A stretch of DNA of 63,938 nucleotides, filler included, from Octopus bimaculoides (taxonomy: Eukaryota), in NCBI RefSeq assembly GCF_001194135.2. It is 4 parts of 3 records of this genome, joined end to end, with 100 filler letters (N's around TTAATTAATTAA, not from the genome) between each part and the next. Parts side by side here need not be neighbours in the genome. Positions count along the whole stretch, not along the records: positions 1 to 21,654 come from NC_068985.1; positions 21,755 to 42,818 come from NC_068992.1; 2 more parts are not named here. One strand, written 5' to 3'. Shown here piece after piece: positions 12,430-23,930 of the stretch. The translations under genes were made by a program, and so were the position numbers. Below the pieces are notes generated by a model. That model was not told the origin of the DNA, did not search any database, and saw only the letters and a program-made list of their open reading frames with translations. Numbering within the stretch: the first letter of the stretch is position 1; each line of letters begins with the position of its first letter.

Positions 12430-12840
12430 TGAATAAAGTGGTGATATGTTGCCAACTGAAGTTGGCAGTCCCATGAAAAGGAAGAATATTACTGCTATTT
12501 AGTCCTAGGAAACACATTTTCCAGTTGGCCATGACACATTGTCTGTGTCCTTATGTTTTCAAATGGGAGATAAGCACCTCCACCCAGCAAAGCCAGAATC
12601 CAGAGACTAGTTTCAGAGTCATTGCTTATCATGAGTCTGGAGTAGCATGGCTTTGCTAGCTGTTGATGCTTATTCACCTTTGAAAACATATAGATTGCAA
12701 GTGAAATACATTTAGTGATTTTTCGAAAACAGAAATATTACATTTCTAAATCTCTCAGAGAGATTTATACAGTAGCAGCACAATAAAGTGATGGTATGTT
12801 GCCAACTTAATGTGGCAGTCCCATGAAATGGAAGGATGCA
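12430..12840. repeat. Two older same-orientation relatives of the 48968 MITE terminus
   Basis: TTGCCAAC...TGGCAGTCC...AGGAAGAATATTACTGCTATTTAGTCCTAGGA at ~12447 and a partial copy at ~12797 align with the MITE TIR. Confidence 0.55.
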
Positions 12841-13854
12841 AAGAGAATTATAAAGTTGTCGAGTGAAGAAAAAATAAAGTGTAATTATGATGAGATTAAA
12901 AAAAACCCCCCAAAAACTTGGTCAGACATGGATGAACATTTAGCCAAGTACCTATGTACACTAGTCGTACAAGCTGGATCAGAAAGCTCAGGGCTCAAAT
13001 ATGTATCATTACTGCACAGAGGACGTTAATAACAGTATTATCCTTTTTAATACCAACCTGCTTGTCACATTTAGCTCTACAAGACAAACATAATGTTTTA
13101 AAGTGATCTAAATTAAACTTTCATCAAAATTTTATGTTCCAAACACTAGTTTAACAAGATTAAGTTATTTTAGAACATATTTCATTGACATCAAAATTCA
13201 TTGAAATAAAGGAAATAAATTTCCTCAAAAATATATCCAAAAAAAAATTGTAAAAAAAGATAATGAGCTAGTAATTCACGCAGAAGCCAATTAGTTACTG
13301 AGAACAGAAATTACTAACATGAGAATTAATTGATGATAGAACTAAAGTAATGAGGAAGAATGACCAAACACAAGATTGAACATATAAAAAAAACAAATGC
13401 TAACTGAACAATACTAGCACCATTTTGTTTCTACCAATATTATTGGAATTTTTAGCCTGCCAAGTAAAATCCTCAATGACATTTCATCCATATTTATATT
13501 CTGAGTTCAAATACTGCTGCTGGGGTCGCCTCGGCGTTTCATTCTTTCAGAATTGATAAAGTAAGTACCAGCTGAGCAGAAGGGTTATTGTAATCAATGC
13601 ACCTCCTTCTCCAGAATTGCTGGCTTTGAGCCAAAATTGGAAACCATTATTATTATTATTGTCTATACAGTATTTGTATGAGAAAATATATAGTTTATAT
13701 AAAGTATGACAAGAACATTGTATGGTCTATACATCATTTGTTTGATGATACTATCATCTATACAACAACTGTATGACAATCTGAGAAATAAATACACTTG
13801 TATGATATAATGATGCCACTCACAATACAACATTTGTATGACAATAATAACGTA

Positions 13855-14748
13855 CAAGGCAGAATCAAAATTTTCCTGGACGAGTTATGTTTAATAAAAA
13901 ATAACTTATTTACCTAAGATTTAACATCATCCCCTTTGAAATAGTCACCTTGCACAGCAATACTCCAGCATCCCAGCATTCCTGCCGCTTTTGGAATATG
14001 TCCTGGAAGTCATTTTCCATAAGTGAGTTGAGGATCTTCTGTGATTCACTCTGGATCTCGACAATGGTGTTAATAAGTTGACCTTTGAGCTGCATTTTTG
14101 TCTTGGAGAAGAGATGAAAGTCTGCAGGTGCTAAACCTGACAGACAGGGTGGGTGTGGAAGTGATACCATGCTGTTTTTGGTGACAAACTCAGGCATGAG
14201 GAAAGTTTAGTATAAAATCGAACTCATCACACTCCTCAGATCCAGTCGCTTTTGCTCAATGTCCTCCCTCAAATACTTCAAAATGTTGCAGTAGAACTCT
14301 TGATTGATGGTCTGGCCCTGGAGGGGAATGACTTCTCGATGCACAATACCACATTTCTGGGGACAACACTCATGGCAGGTCTTCAAGATCACACACCATC
14401 TTTCAGGGATGTTCTTTTGTTTTTGAAGCACCTCTGTCACTCAAAATATTGAGTATGACCAATCGCTGTAAGCTAACTGAAGCATGCTCAATGTTTCTGT
14501 AGCAAACTTCACAAGTTTAACACAAAATTTCATGTCAGCTCTTTGTTCCTGTCCATGAGAAAATCACAGACTACAACATACACATAATCACAAAAACACA
14601 AATCTCACAACTTGCAAAGTAAACAGTGATGTCACTCAGCACACTGCCTCAAAAAGGTCACTGTAAGCTCTCACTGCACATGCAACCATGTGCTGCCATC
14701 TGTTGCTGTGCTACACAACTATTCGAGGAACTTTTTGATACCAATTCA
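13855..14748 (-). mobile_element. Second decayed, internally deleted mariner-like transposon (different subfamily)
   Basis: Fragments EQRADMKFCVKL..ATETLSML, QGQTINQEFYCNIL and LPHPPCLSGLAPADFHLF. Diverged TIRs (TA-CAAGGCAGAATCAAAATTTTCCTGG versus TA-TGAATTGGTATCAAAAAGTTCCTCG read inward) flanked by TA. Confidence 0.82.
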
Positions 14749-14979
14749 TATCGCCTCATCATCATGATGCTTGATATTTTGATAGACATTTGATGAGTTT
14801 TTAAATGTAATATTTTAGTAATAGTTATTGAAAATAGTAAATTAATGATACTAAATCTTTTGGATATCAGCTCTATACTGATATTTAAACAATTTTCCTT
14901 ATTTACAAAAATAAATATAAATAACAGTTAACCAACTTGGCGGAAAGAGAGTATGGGACAGTCTGCACTCAGGTACTAC

Positions 14980-15660
14980 TCTCTCTTTGATCAATCTGAT
15001 CAATTTTCAATGTGTCACCGAATTCCTGCAAGTGTGAAACTCTCTGGATTGATGCCAACAGTTTTAGCCTACTCAGTCTGGATGAGATCTGTATTTCCAC
15101 TGCACTCAAGAGTAGGAGCTGATGTTTGTGGGGCACTGTGATGTTGCTGTGGTAGACCTAAATTCCACAGGCCTTCATGGTATGTCTTGCTGCTTAAATG
15201 CTGGTCATTTTCATGATTATATTGAGCTAAACCTAATCAATAATTGGGCCGACTTGAGTTAATATCCCCATAGTTCAGGAGCCAGTGGGATTAGGAAGAG
15301 ACCAGATGGTGTAACCCCTTGTCTCTAGCTGAGAAGTAGGTGCATCATGTGGAAAAGCACAGTCTCTGACTTTTCTTGCTCCTTCCCACAACTAGGATGC
15401 TGCAGTAAATGGGAGAGTCACTGCTTTGGTAGTTGAACAGAACAAAATCCTGAAGTGAACCGTTTTTTTCCAGCCTGTGGTGTTTGAGATGTTTCAAAGA
15501 ACTGGGTTGCTGACAGTGAAGTTCATGTCATTGTTGACAACTCACTATACCAAGGTGTCAGATGATGTCCATGAGTGTTGGCTGTTCCAATGCCTCGTAA
15601 TGCTGCAAGTGTGTTGACTTGCTTCAGTAAGTGACGTTGGACCTCGTGATGTGTGACCAA
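14980..15660 (-). mobile_element. Possible very old CR1/L2-like RT remnant
   Basis: Only short frame-broken motifs (LFNYQ, TLECSG, KLLASIQR) in the order expected for the RT C-terminus; weak. Confidence 0.3.
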
Positions 15661-16612
15661 CTCAGGTTTCTTTATAGTTTTCTTTCTTCACTCATGTTTG
15701 TTTGCTTCAGCTTTGGATTTTAATGTGGTTTTGTATTATATATGTATCATATACATACATGTTTTATATGTAATTATAAAATTATCTAAATTTTCAATAT
15801 ATACATCCATTTGTTGTTTACACCACCTGTCTTCGTCTGTTGTTTTTTCGTAAATTCTCCGATATATATATACATATAGATATATATATAGTCATGTTAA
15901 AAAAACTGCAAAATGTCTAAAAAAAAAAAAGGGTGAAGCATTGGAGAATGTAGTTGTAGATGTATTAATGTATAGAAAATTTGCGAGACAGATCTGCTCC
16001 GCCAGTTGTGACCTCGGGCTAAATAACAACGCAAATCTAGGGATATGAAAAATTAGGCCAAATGAAAATTGAATATAAAGTTAAATCTATGCTTGTTAGG
16101 TTGTTTTAGACATTTCTGACACGGAATTTAGTTAAGGTGGAGCAGCGACTTAACTACTAGAAATAGCAGCCAAATCATACACTAGTATCTACAGAAAACG
16201 AAAGAACACATTTAAACAACAAAGTCCTGTCTAAAATAAAGTGTGATGGTCGTAGCCGGAATGTATTAGTTATAGGAATCCGAATGAAAGCTGACTAGGG
16301 ATTAAATAGCACCAACAACAGGAGGTAAGGATTAATTACGTAATGAGTTAAAGATAAACAACGTGGTGGTCATATCCGGAATGTTTTTAATAACATAAAC
16401 AAAAGGGATTTACGATTTAGAGTAATTTATTTGAAGAAAGGGAATTAAAACAACTCCGATGAAAAGCTGGTGTAAAAGAAGAACCTATCAACACGACACG
16501 ATGTTTATATAAACATTATTCAACATTATTAATCGTTATTCAACATTATTAATCATTATTAAAAGCGTGGAGCAAACAAGAATATTTGAAAGGAACTTTT
16601 AAATATACTCAC

Positions 16613-16930
16613 TGATTTTTACAGATATCAGGTCTGAGTGTAAAGAAGAAATCTTCAGTTCCCAGTTCAACCTTACATGATCAAATTAAATCATAATAAA
16701 CAGCTTTTAATTAATTAATCTTTGTTAATTGAGTGAAAACAACGCAACACACATAGTTTTGTGTGGGGAAATTCCAGGCCATAAATGTTTAGAAACAGAA
16801 ATTTGAAAAAAATATAAAATAGTTTCTCGTAGAATTATTTTTAATAAAATACATTGATAATTTTGGAGTTAATTTTTCTCACTGTTCTTCTACGGAAATC
16901 TTGCCGACATTTTCTGCCGAACTTGTCTCT
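16613..16930 (-). promoter_or_regulatory. Candidate non-coding first exon(s)/promoter of the CEBPG-like gene
   Basis: The acceptor at 8089-8090 implies an upstream UTR exon. Minus-strand donors occur at TCA|GTGAGT (exon end 16613) and ACA|GTGAGA (exon end 16883), inside a CpG-retaining zone (~15980-17600). No transcript evidence. Confidence 0.3.
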
Positions 16931-17672
16931 TTACCTAATTTAACCCTGGGTCGGCCTGGATCCGTTGAACTTCATCGGTGTTTCAACAGCATCCATTCAA
17001 ACTTATTCCAAACTTGGATACATTGTCTGAAATATATTATCTTCTACACAATTTACCCTAGTCTAGAATATATTATCCCTTCTATCTTCTGATTAAAGAG
17101 TTTTGGGTGTGGGTTGAGGAAAATTTCATTGCTATTTCTAGTAAATCGGACAGCCTTGTAAAGGTTTCTCCGTTGATTCGCGCTAAATTTTATCTCCCTT
17201 ATTAATTGTTTTCCTAATTTCTCTTGATATATCTTATCATTTGAGAGACAAAGGATGTGGGGTTTTTTTTTATTTTACTCTATAATATTTACATGAATAA
17301 ATTGTTGAGTAAAAAGTGGAATACGTAATGACATTTCTTTTTCAGTTTAATCTATTTTCGACAATTAGAGTGAAAATTAATGATTAAATTCAAGGATCGC
17401 TTTATAGATTCCCCACGCACTTAATGAAAATCAGAATAAATCATAAACGATAAATAAATCTGCTCCCACCCGTTTTAAGTTTTCGTATTTCGCTTGACAG
17501 AATCGCTATTTCGCATTTTTTATCAACCATCTGTCTGACCGTAACTACACTTTAGGGCTCCCCAGAACCTACCTTTCTCTTTTTTTTTTAATCTTTAAAT
17601 AACCTCAATTTTTGTAACCAAACTTTGCAGATAGACAAGTTTTCAAAGATGTAAGTGACGATTATATTATTG

Positions 17673-19194
17673 GGATCTTGTTCAAAACGGGGGCACCAGT
17701 ATTTTCTTAACGAAACACTTTGAAACTTGGGACACTGGTAGAATGTGTCATATAAAACATCTTTTTCTCTTAGTCTTCTTAACAAAAAAACGTATATCGC
17801 AAGTTATTTCATGTTAAAGTTGTCGTATTTCTGTAATTTCAACCAATCACTGACGTCTATTCAGTTACTGCTNNNNNNNNNNNNNNNNNNNNNNNNNNNN
17901 NNNNNNNNNNNNNNNNNNNNNNNNNNNNNNNNNNNNNNNNNNNNNNNNNNNNNNNNNNNNNNNNNNNNNNNNNNNNNNNNNNNNNNNNNNNNNNNNNNNN
18001 NNNNNNNNNNNNNNNNNNNNNNNNNNNNNNNNNNNNNNNNNNNNNNNNNNNNNNNNNNNNNNNNNNNNNNNNNNNNNNNNNNNNNNNNNNNNNNNNNNNN
18101 NNNNNNNNNNNNNNNNNNNNNNNNNNNNNNNNNNNNNNNNNNNNNNNNNNNNNNNNNNNNNNNNNNNNNNNNNNNNNNNNNNNNNNNNNNNNNNNNNNNN
18201 NNNNNNNNNNNNNNNNNNNNNNNNNNNNNNNNNNNNNNNNNNNNNNNNNNNNNNNNNNNNNNNNNNNNNNNNNNNNNNNNNNNNNNNNNNNNNNNNNNNN
18301 NNNNNNNNNNNNNNNNNNNNNNNNNNNNNNNNNNNNNNNNNNNNNNNNNNNNNNNNNNNNNNNNNNNNNNNNNNNNNNNNNNNNNNNNNNNNNNNNNNNN
18401 NNNNNNNNNNNNNNNNNNNNNNNNNNNNNNNNNNNNNNNNNNNNNNNNNNNNNNNNNNNNNNNNNNNNNNNNNNNNNNNNNNNNNNNNNNNNNNNNNNNN
18501 NNNNNNNNNNNNNNNNNNNNNNNNNNNNNNNNNNNNNNNNNNNNNNNNNNNNNNNNNNNNNNNNNNNNNNNNNNNNNNNNNNNNNNNNNNNNNNNNNNNN
18601 NNNNNNNNNNNNNNNNNNNNNNNNNNNNNNNNNNNNNNNNNNNNNNNNNAACATTAAGAAAATTACGAAGATATTAAGTTGTGGTGGATCTTTCTGAATT
18701 GATGGGAACCACTTTTCATTTATGTTTTATGTAGTGTTTTTGGTACCGAAACACTTTCAAACTTCATATACTTGTATATTTTGTGTTATAGAACAGATAA
18801 AAAATTTTGTATTCGAAGTTATTTCATGTAAAAAATTGTCTTATTTCAATAATTTCAACCAATCACTGACGTCTATTCAGTTACTGCTGTGGCGGTGTAT
18901 AAGGTATTAATCCCTGTTAGTTCTGACATTTCCTATGAGCTACACTGTTCATAAACACGTGTTGCTTATTTTTTCATTTTATTTTCTTTGTTGTATAATT
19001 TCGAGGGGTACAGCTTTCAGCATAGAACGGTGAACCACAGTGTCGAGTTTGTTAACTCGTTAGATAACACGCAACAAATTGAAAGTACTATGATAGACTT
19101 GTATCTCTGCGAATTTATGTGGCGGTGGAGATATGAGAAAACTGACCTCGTGGAAAAATTATTTGAAGGCATTTGCAATTTTGACCCCTCATAA
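17673..19194 (+). mobile_element. Merlin (IS1016/IS1595-like) DNA transposon remnant(s)
   Basis: ORF 18988-19194 carries ISXO2-like motifs GYSFQHRTVNHSVEFVN..TQQIES and LYLCEFMWR. A GG-starting terminus GGATCTTGTTCAAAACGGGGGCACC lies at 17673 and a related one at ~18686. A 39-nt block is duplicated at 17834 and 18850. No right terminus was found. Confidence 0.72.
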
Positions 19195-21654
19195 GTTCAA
19201 TTTAATTGTAAAATAATCATGAATTTAGACTAGTATCATTTGAACTGGGTTCATGAGCAAGTCGTGTGCACATCTCGCACATAACTGTAATGGTCCACAG
19301 CTGCATTGTAGGTAAATTCAAATGAAAAATAAAACAAAGTAAATTTGAAAAATATTTATACAATCTAATTATACATATATACAATATTCACACAATAAAC
19401 TCATCATCTAGTTCTGCGATGTTGCCGCTTTCAGTTTCTTCAGAATCTGCTTTCGGTTTCGGATACAGAAATACCTGATTCATTTTCATTCAGCATGTGC
19501 TTTTGTACCTCTTTCATTCTTTTATATTTGTTTGTGTATGAACTGCCAGTTTCTTTCTTCATGTCCTTATTTACAAGTATTAGTGCAGCTTTTTTTTCTA
19601 TCCTTCTCTGCCTGTACTGCTGCCGGAGTCAATAAAAAAAAAAGTACCAGTTGCTTCCTGTTCTTGATCTAATCGACTGGCCCTCTCTTCCAAAATTTCG
19701 TAACTTGTGCTTAGACTAGAAAAAAAAAAAAATCAAAATTGATTCAATCAGTTTGTATCTTTCGTTGAAACTTGCTTTGAAATCTGTTGCACACCTGCTC
19801 AACTTACTTAATTTCAACATCTGCCTGAACTGTATGTGTACTTTCATGGAATGAATGTCACATTTGCTTTCCAAAGTGAAATATCCTGCTTGTAACTTTC
19901 AATCTATCCTGCACACCTCTTATATAATTTCAACAGCTGCCTGAACTCTGTGTACTTTCATGGAATGAATGTCACATTTGCTTTACAAGGTGAAATTAAA
20001 ATTGATTTAATCTTTATGTTTTTGTTTTTCCTTTTGTTTACATTGTGTGCATGCTTAGTTATGGGTTATGTTAGAGTGAGAGCTATTGTTTGGAATTGGT
20101 ATCAGGTAGCATGCTGAAGTGCAAATGGCCTCGTATACTGTATGGTAAAGTGGAACTAATGATTTATGAAACAGCTTACCTATCAGAAATTAAGTCATGA
20201 AAGGGTTACCATTGTCAATACACTTCACATTTCTATGGTTTCTGAGGGCAATGAAATAAAATACTAGATAAGAAGTGGCACAATATAGTTGACGAATTGT
20301 CCTCCTAGAAAACATTTTACTTTGTGCCTTTGTTCAAAATTCTTGTTAGTACTATTGTATAGTGCGAGCAAGAGAAAAAATGTTGTTCAGAGAACATCTA
20401 CAGGCTTTCCCAAACTGTTAATGTGAATGTAGATGATGTCTTTTTTCAACTTCTGTAAATTAATGTCTGATGAGAATGTGATTCCATGTAGAGGTTGCCA
20501 TTCTGGAGAGAAATGATTGGATAAAATATTGAGGTTTGACCTGTGAGACATGTTAAAGATGATGATGTGGGCTCAGTTTGATAGAGTATACAGCTTATTA
20601 ATTCACAGGAATAGCAGCGGGCTTCGGGGGGTTCTTTTTCACTTTTTTATTTAAACAATTTGGCCGGATAAAGGGGGTTGTATCCTTGGCATTTGCATTC
20701 CTTCTGAGACAAAAGGCAAGAGCTGTGCCTTTAAAACTGGTAAGATTGAAGTATTTGATCTTGAATAATATGTGGATGGTTGCAGAAGAAAATACATGGG
20801 CAAGGGAATTTCATAAGGATGACAATCAGGTAAAAACGAATTTAATGCTTGGTTTGCAGGTGAATTACAACCTATGTGAGCTTCGAATCTTTTGTCGCCA
20901 GATGCTGTAACATGGTTTGTATCCATTATAGTAGTACCACCACTATTGGGATAATGGCCTACAACACGCGGTACCAGTGCGATAAAATAAGATAATGCAG
21001 CAGCAATAAGAACGTAACTATCTCTCAAGAGCCAACAATAAATATTCCAAATGAACAAACCGACCCACACTTTCCAACTTCATAGCCATGTGTTGAGAGA
21101 ATTCTTTGAGGTTTGATTAAAGTCACCTCTGGAAACATGGGTATTTCGTTCATTTAAGTTGTTAGGTCCAAAGTTTTGCCAACAGAACAAAATTATTTAT
21201 TTTTATCTTTGATATTTTGTGCTCATTGTTACATTGCTGGACTTTTTTTCCGATTATCTGTCCCATATAAGTTGGAATTTCTCCCATTTGACCTGGATTT
21301 TTCGTTGCTTTGTTGATTTATAAAGATTATTGTTTTCCATGTTATTCAAATTAGCTTTCAATTCAGATACACACACACACACGTGGAACTAAGCAACTGA
21401 ATAGGAAAGATACAAACGCTCTCCTCGATAGCACTAAAGACTTTCTCATACAACAAATCATTATCCGTCCAATTAGGGAAAATAACATACTCGGCCTAGT
21501 CTTTATCACCAATACAGTCTTCATTCACAATGTTCAGGTCATTCCCACCACTATTTCCGAGCAGAGCATTATAGAATTATCTGTATATGGTACAAAGAGG
21601 GCAACATACTCAAATAACCTTAAACATAACTCACTCATCCTGAACTTAAGTTTC

Positions 21655-21754
21655 NNNNNNNNNNNNNNNNNNNNNNNNNNNNNNNNNNNNNNNNNNNNTT
21701 AATTAATTAANNNNNNNNNNNNNNNNNNNNNNNNNNNNNNNNNNNNNNNNNNNN
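21655..21754. other. Artificial scaffold linker N44-TTAATTAATTAA-N44
   Basis: Exactly 100 bp; identical linkers at 42819-42918 and 62836-62935. Confidence 0.97.
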
Positions 21755-21790
<36 letters not shown>

Positions 21791-23514
21791 TTTCACTTGG
21801 CTTGCCCATATACGTTTTGTTACTTCGCTAAATTTTCTTTGTGAACAATTCGGTCTTAGTAGACGTATTACATGTGATCTTCTTCTAGCACATTAACAGT
21901 CCACCTAGGGGTTTCCTTTATTTATATATATATATATATATAACTGAGCATCCCTTCCTTTTTCGGTAACTTTGGAAAATTTACGAAATAGCACACCCAG
22001 GTAAGTTGGATTTTCACACAATCCCAAATATCAAACTCTCACAATTTATATAACAGACTTTTTTTCCGTCTCCAACCATCGCTACTCAGAAAGATCCAGT
22101 AGAAGCCAAGACTTGAATTAAGAGATTTGCCACTACGAAACAGATGCCGTGATAATATCTAAGAGACTATCGCACTGTCAGTGGTCTTACAGCGCGGTCG
22201 TTTACTCTGTTGTCATGGCCAGATAGCTACAAACTCTATTAAAGAACCATTAGGTTATCTGACAGGGGTGGTTGAATTTTTGCTGTTTCTATTTGCCCTG
22301 CTGAGTCTCTTATAACGCTTCTCGCTAAGGTCATTTCATGAGGTGCCCGGGTTAGTCACCTACAAACAAACGGTGTGATTAAGCTGTTTTTTAACAACAG
22401 CGCACATTTCAACCTAGCGTAATGTGAGTTTTTGTGTATGCATGTATGTATATACGTATGTATGCATACATACATACCTACATGCATGCACATATACATA
22501 CATACTTACATATATATATANNNNNNNNNNNNNNNNNNNNNNNNNNNNNNNNNNNNNNNNNNNNNNNNNNNNNNNNNNNNNNNNNNNNNNNNNNNNNNNN
22601 NNNNNNNNNNNNNNNNNNNNNNNNNNNNNNNNNNNNNNNNNNNNNNNNNNNNNNNNNNNNNNNNNNNNNNNNNNNNNNNNNNNNNNNNNNNNNNNNNNNN
22701 NNNNNNNNNNNNNNNNNNNNNNNNNNNNNNNNNNNNNNNNNNNNNNNNNNNNNNNNNNNNNNNNNNNNNNNNNNNNNNNNNNNNNNNNNNNNNNNNNNNN
22801 NNNNNNNNNNNNNNNNNNNNNNNNNNNNNNNNNNNNNNNNNNNNNNNNNNNNNNNNNNNNNNNNNNNNNNNNNNNNNNNNNNNNNNNNNNNNNNNNNNNN
22901 NNNNNNNNNNNNNNNNNNNNNNNNNNNNNNNNNNNNNNNNNNNNNNNNNNNNNNNNNNNNNNNNNNNNNNNNNNNNNNNNNNNNNNNNNNNNNNNNNNNN
23001 NNNNNNNNNNNNNNNNNNNNNNNNNNNNNNNNNNNNNNNNNNNNNNNNNNNNNNNNNNNNNNNNNNNNNNNNNNNNNNNNNNNNNNNNNNNNNNNNNNNN
23101 NNNNNNNNNNNNNNNNNNNNNNNNNNNNNNNNNNNNNNNNNNNNNNNNNNNNNNNNNNNNNNNNNNNNNNNNNNNNNNNNNNNNNNNNNNNNNNNNNNNN
23201 NNNNNNNNNNNNNNNNNNNNNNNNNNNNNNNNNNNNNNNNNNNNNNNNNNNNNNNNNNNNNNNNNNNNNNNNNNNNNNNNNNNNNNNNNNNNNNNNNNNN
23301 NNNNNNNNNNNNNNNNNNNNNNNNNNNNNNNNNNNNNNNNNNNNNNNNNNNNNNNNNNNNNNNNNNNNNNNNNNNNNNNNNNNNNNNNNNNNNNNNNNNN
23401 NNNNNNAAATAGGTCTCAAAGAGAAAAGAGACTACACGTGGTATAGAAAAAGAAAAAAAGAGAAAATGCACATTAGATATTAAAAAAATGAAGGCGTTCT
23501 TTATGAAAAGTAAC

Positions 23515-23930
23515 GGCAGGAGTGGCTGTGTGGTAAGTTGCTAGCTTACCAACCACATGGTCCCGGGTTCAGTTCCACTGCGCTGTATCTTGTGCAAGTG
23601 CCTTCTACTATAGCCTCGGGCCGACCAAAGCCTTGTGAGTGGATTTGGTAGACGGAAACTGAAAGAAGCCCGTCGTATATATGTATATATATATATATTT
23701 ATGTATGTGTGTGTGTATGTTTGTATGTGTGTGTTTGTCCCCCCAACATCGCTTGACAACCGATGCTGGTGTGTTTATGTCCTCGTAACTTAGCGGTTCG
23801 GCCAAAGTGATCGATAGAATAAGTGCTAGGCTTCTAAAGAATAAGTCCTGGGGTCAATTTGCTCGACTAAAAGGCGGTGATCCAGCATGGCCACAGTCAA
23901 AAGACTGAAACAAGTAAAAGAGTAAAAGAG
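23515..23930 (+). mobile_element. Full-length tRNA-derived CORE-type SINE (octopus OR-like), family A
   Basis: A box TGGCTGTGTGGT, B box GGTTCAGTTCC, CORE-like CTTGTGCAAGTG, internal microsatellite and (AGTAAAAG)n tail. Other copies: 42110-42543 (+), 25212-25538 (-), 28566-28880 (+), 2345-3040 (-), 24080-24300, 35480-35600, 41225-41400, 43425-43553, 45860-46100, 47315-47480, 51410-51610. Confidence 0.88.

Noticed and set aside
21699-21710. TTAATTAATTAA islands as biological motifs
   Set aside because: The exact N44 padding, three times, marks an artificial linker.
23515-23600. tRNA-like sequences with A and B boxes (also 5340-5410, 42110, 56255, 60765)
   Set aside because: They are SINE heads continuing into SINE bodies, with no complete cloverleaf.
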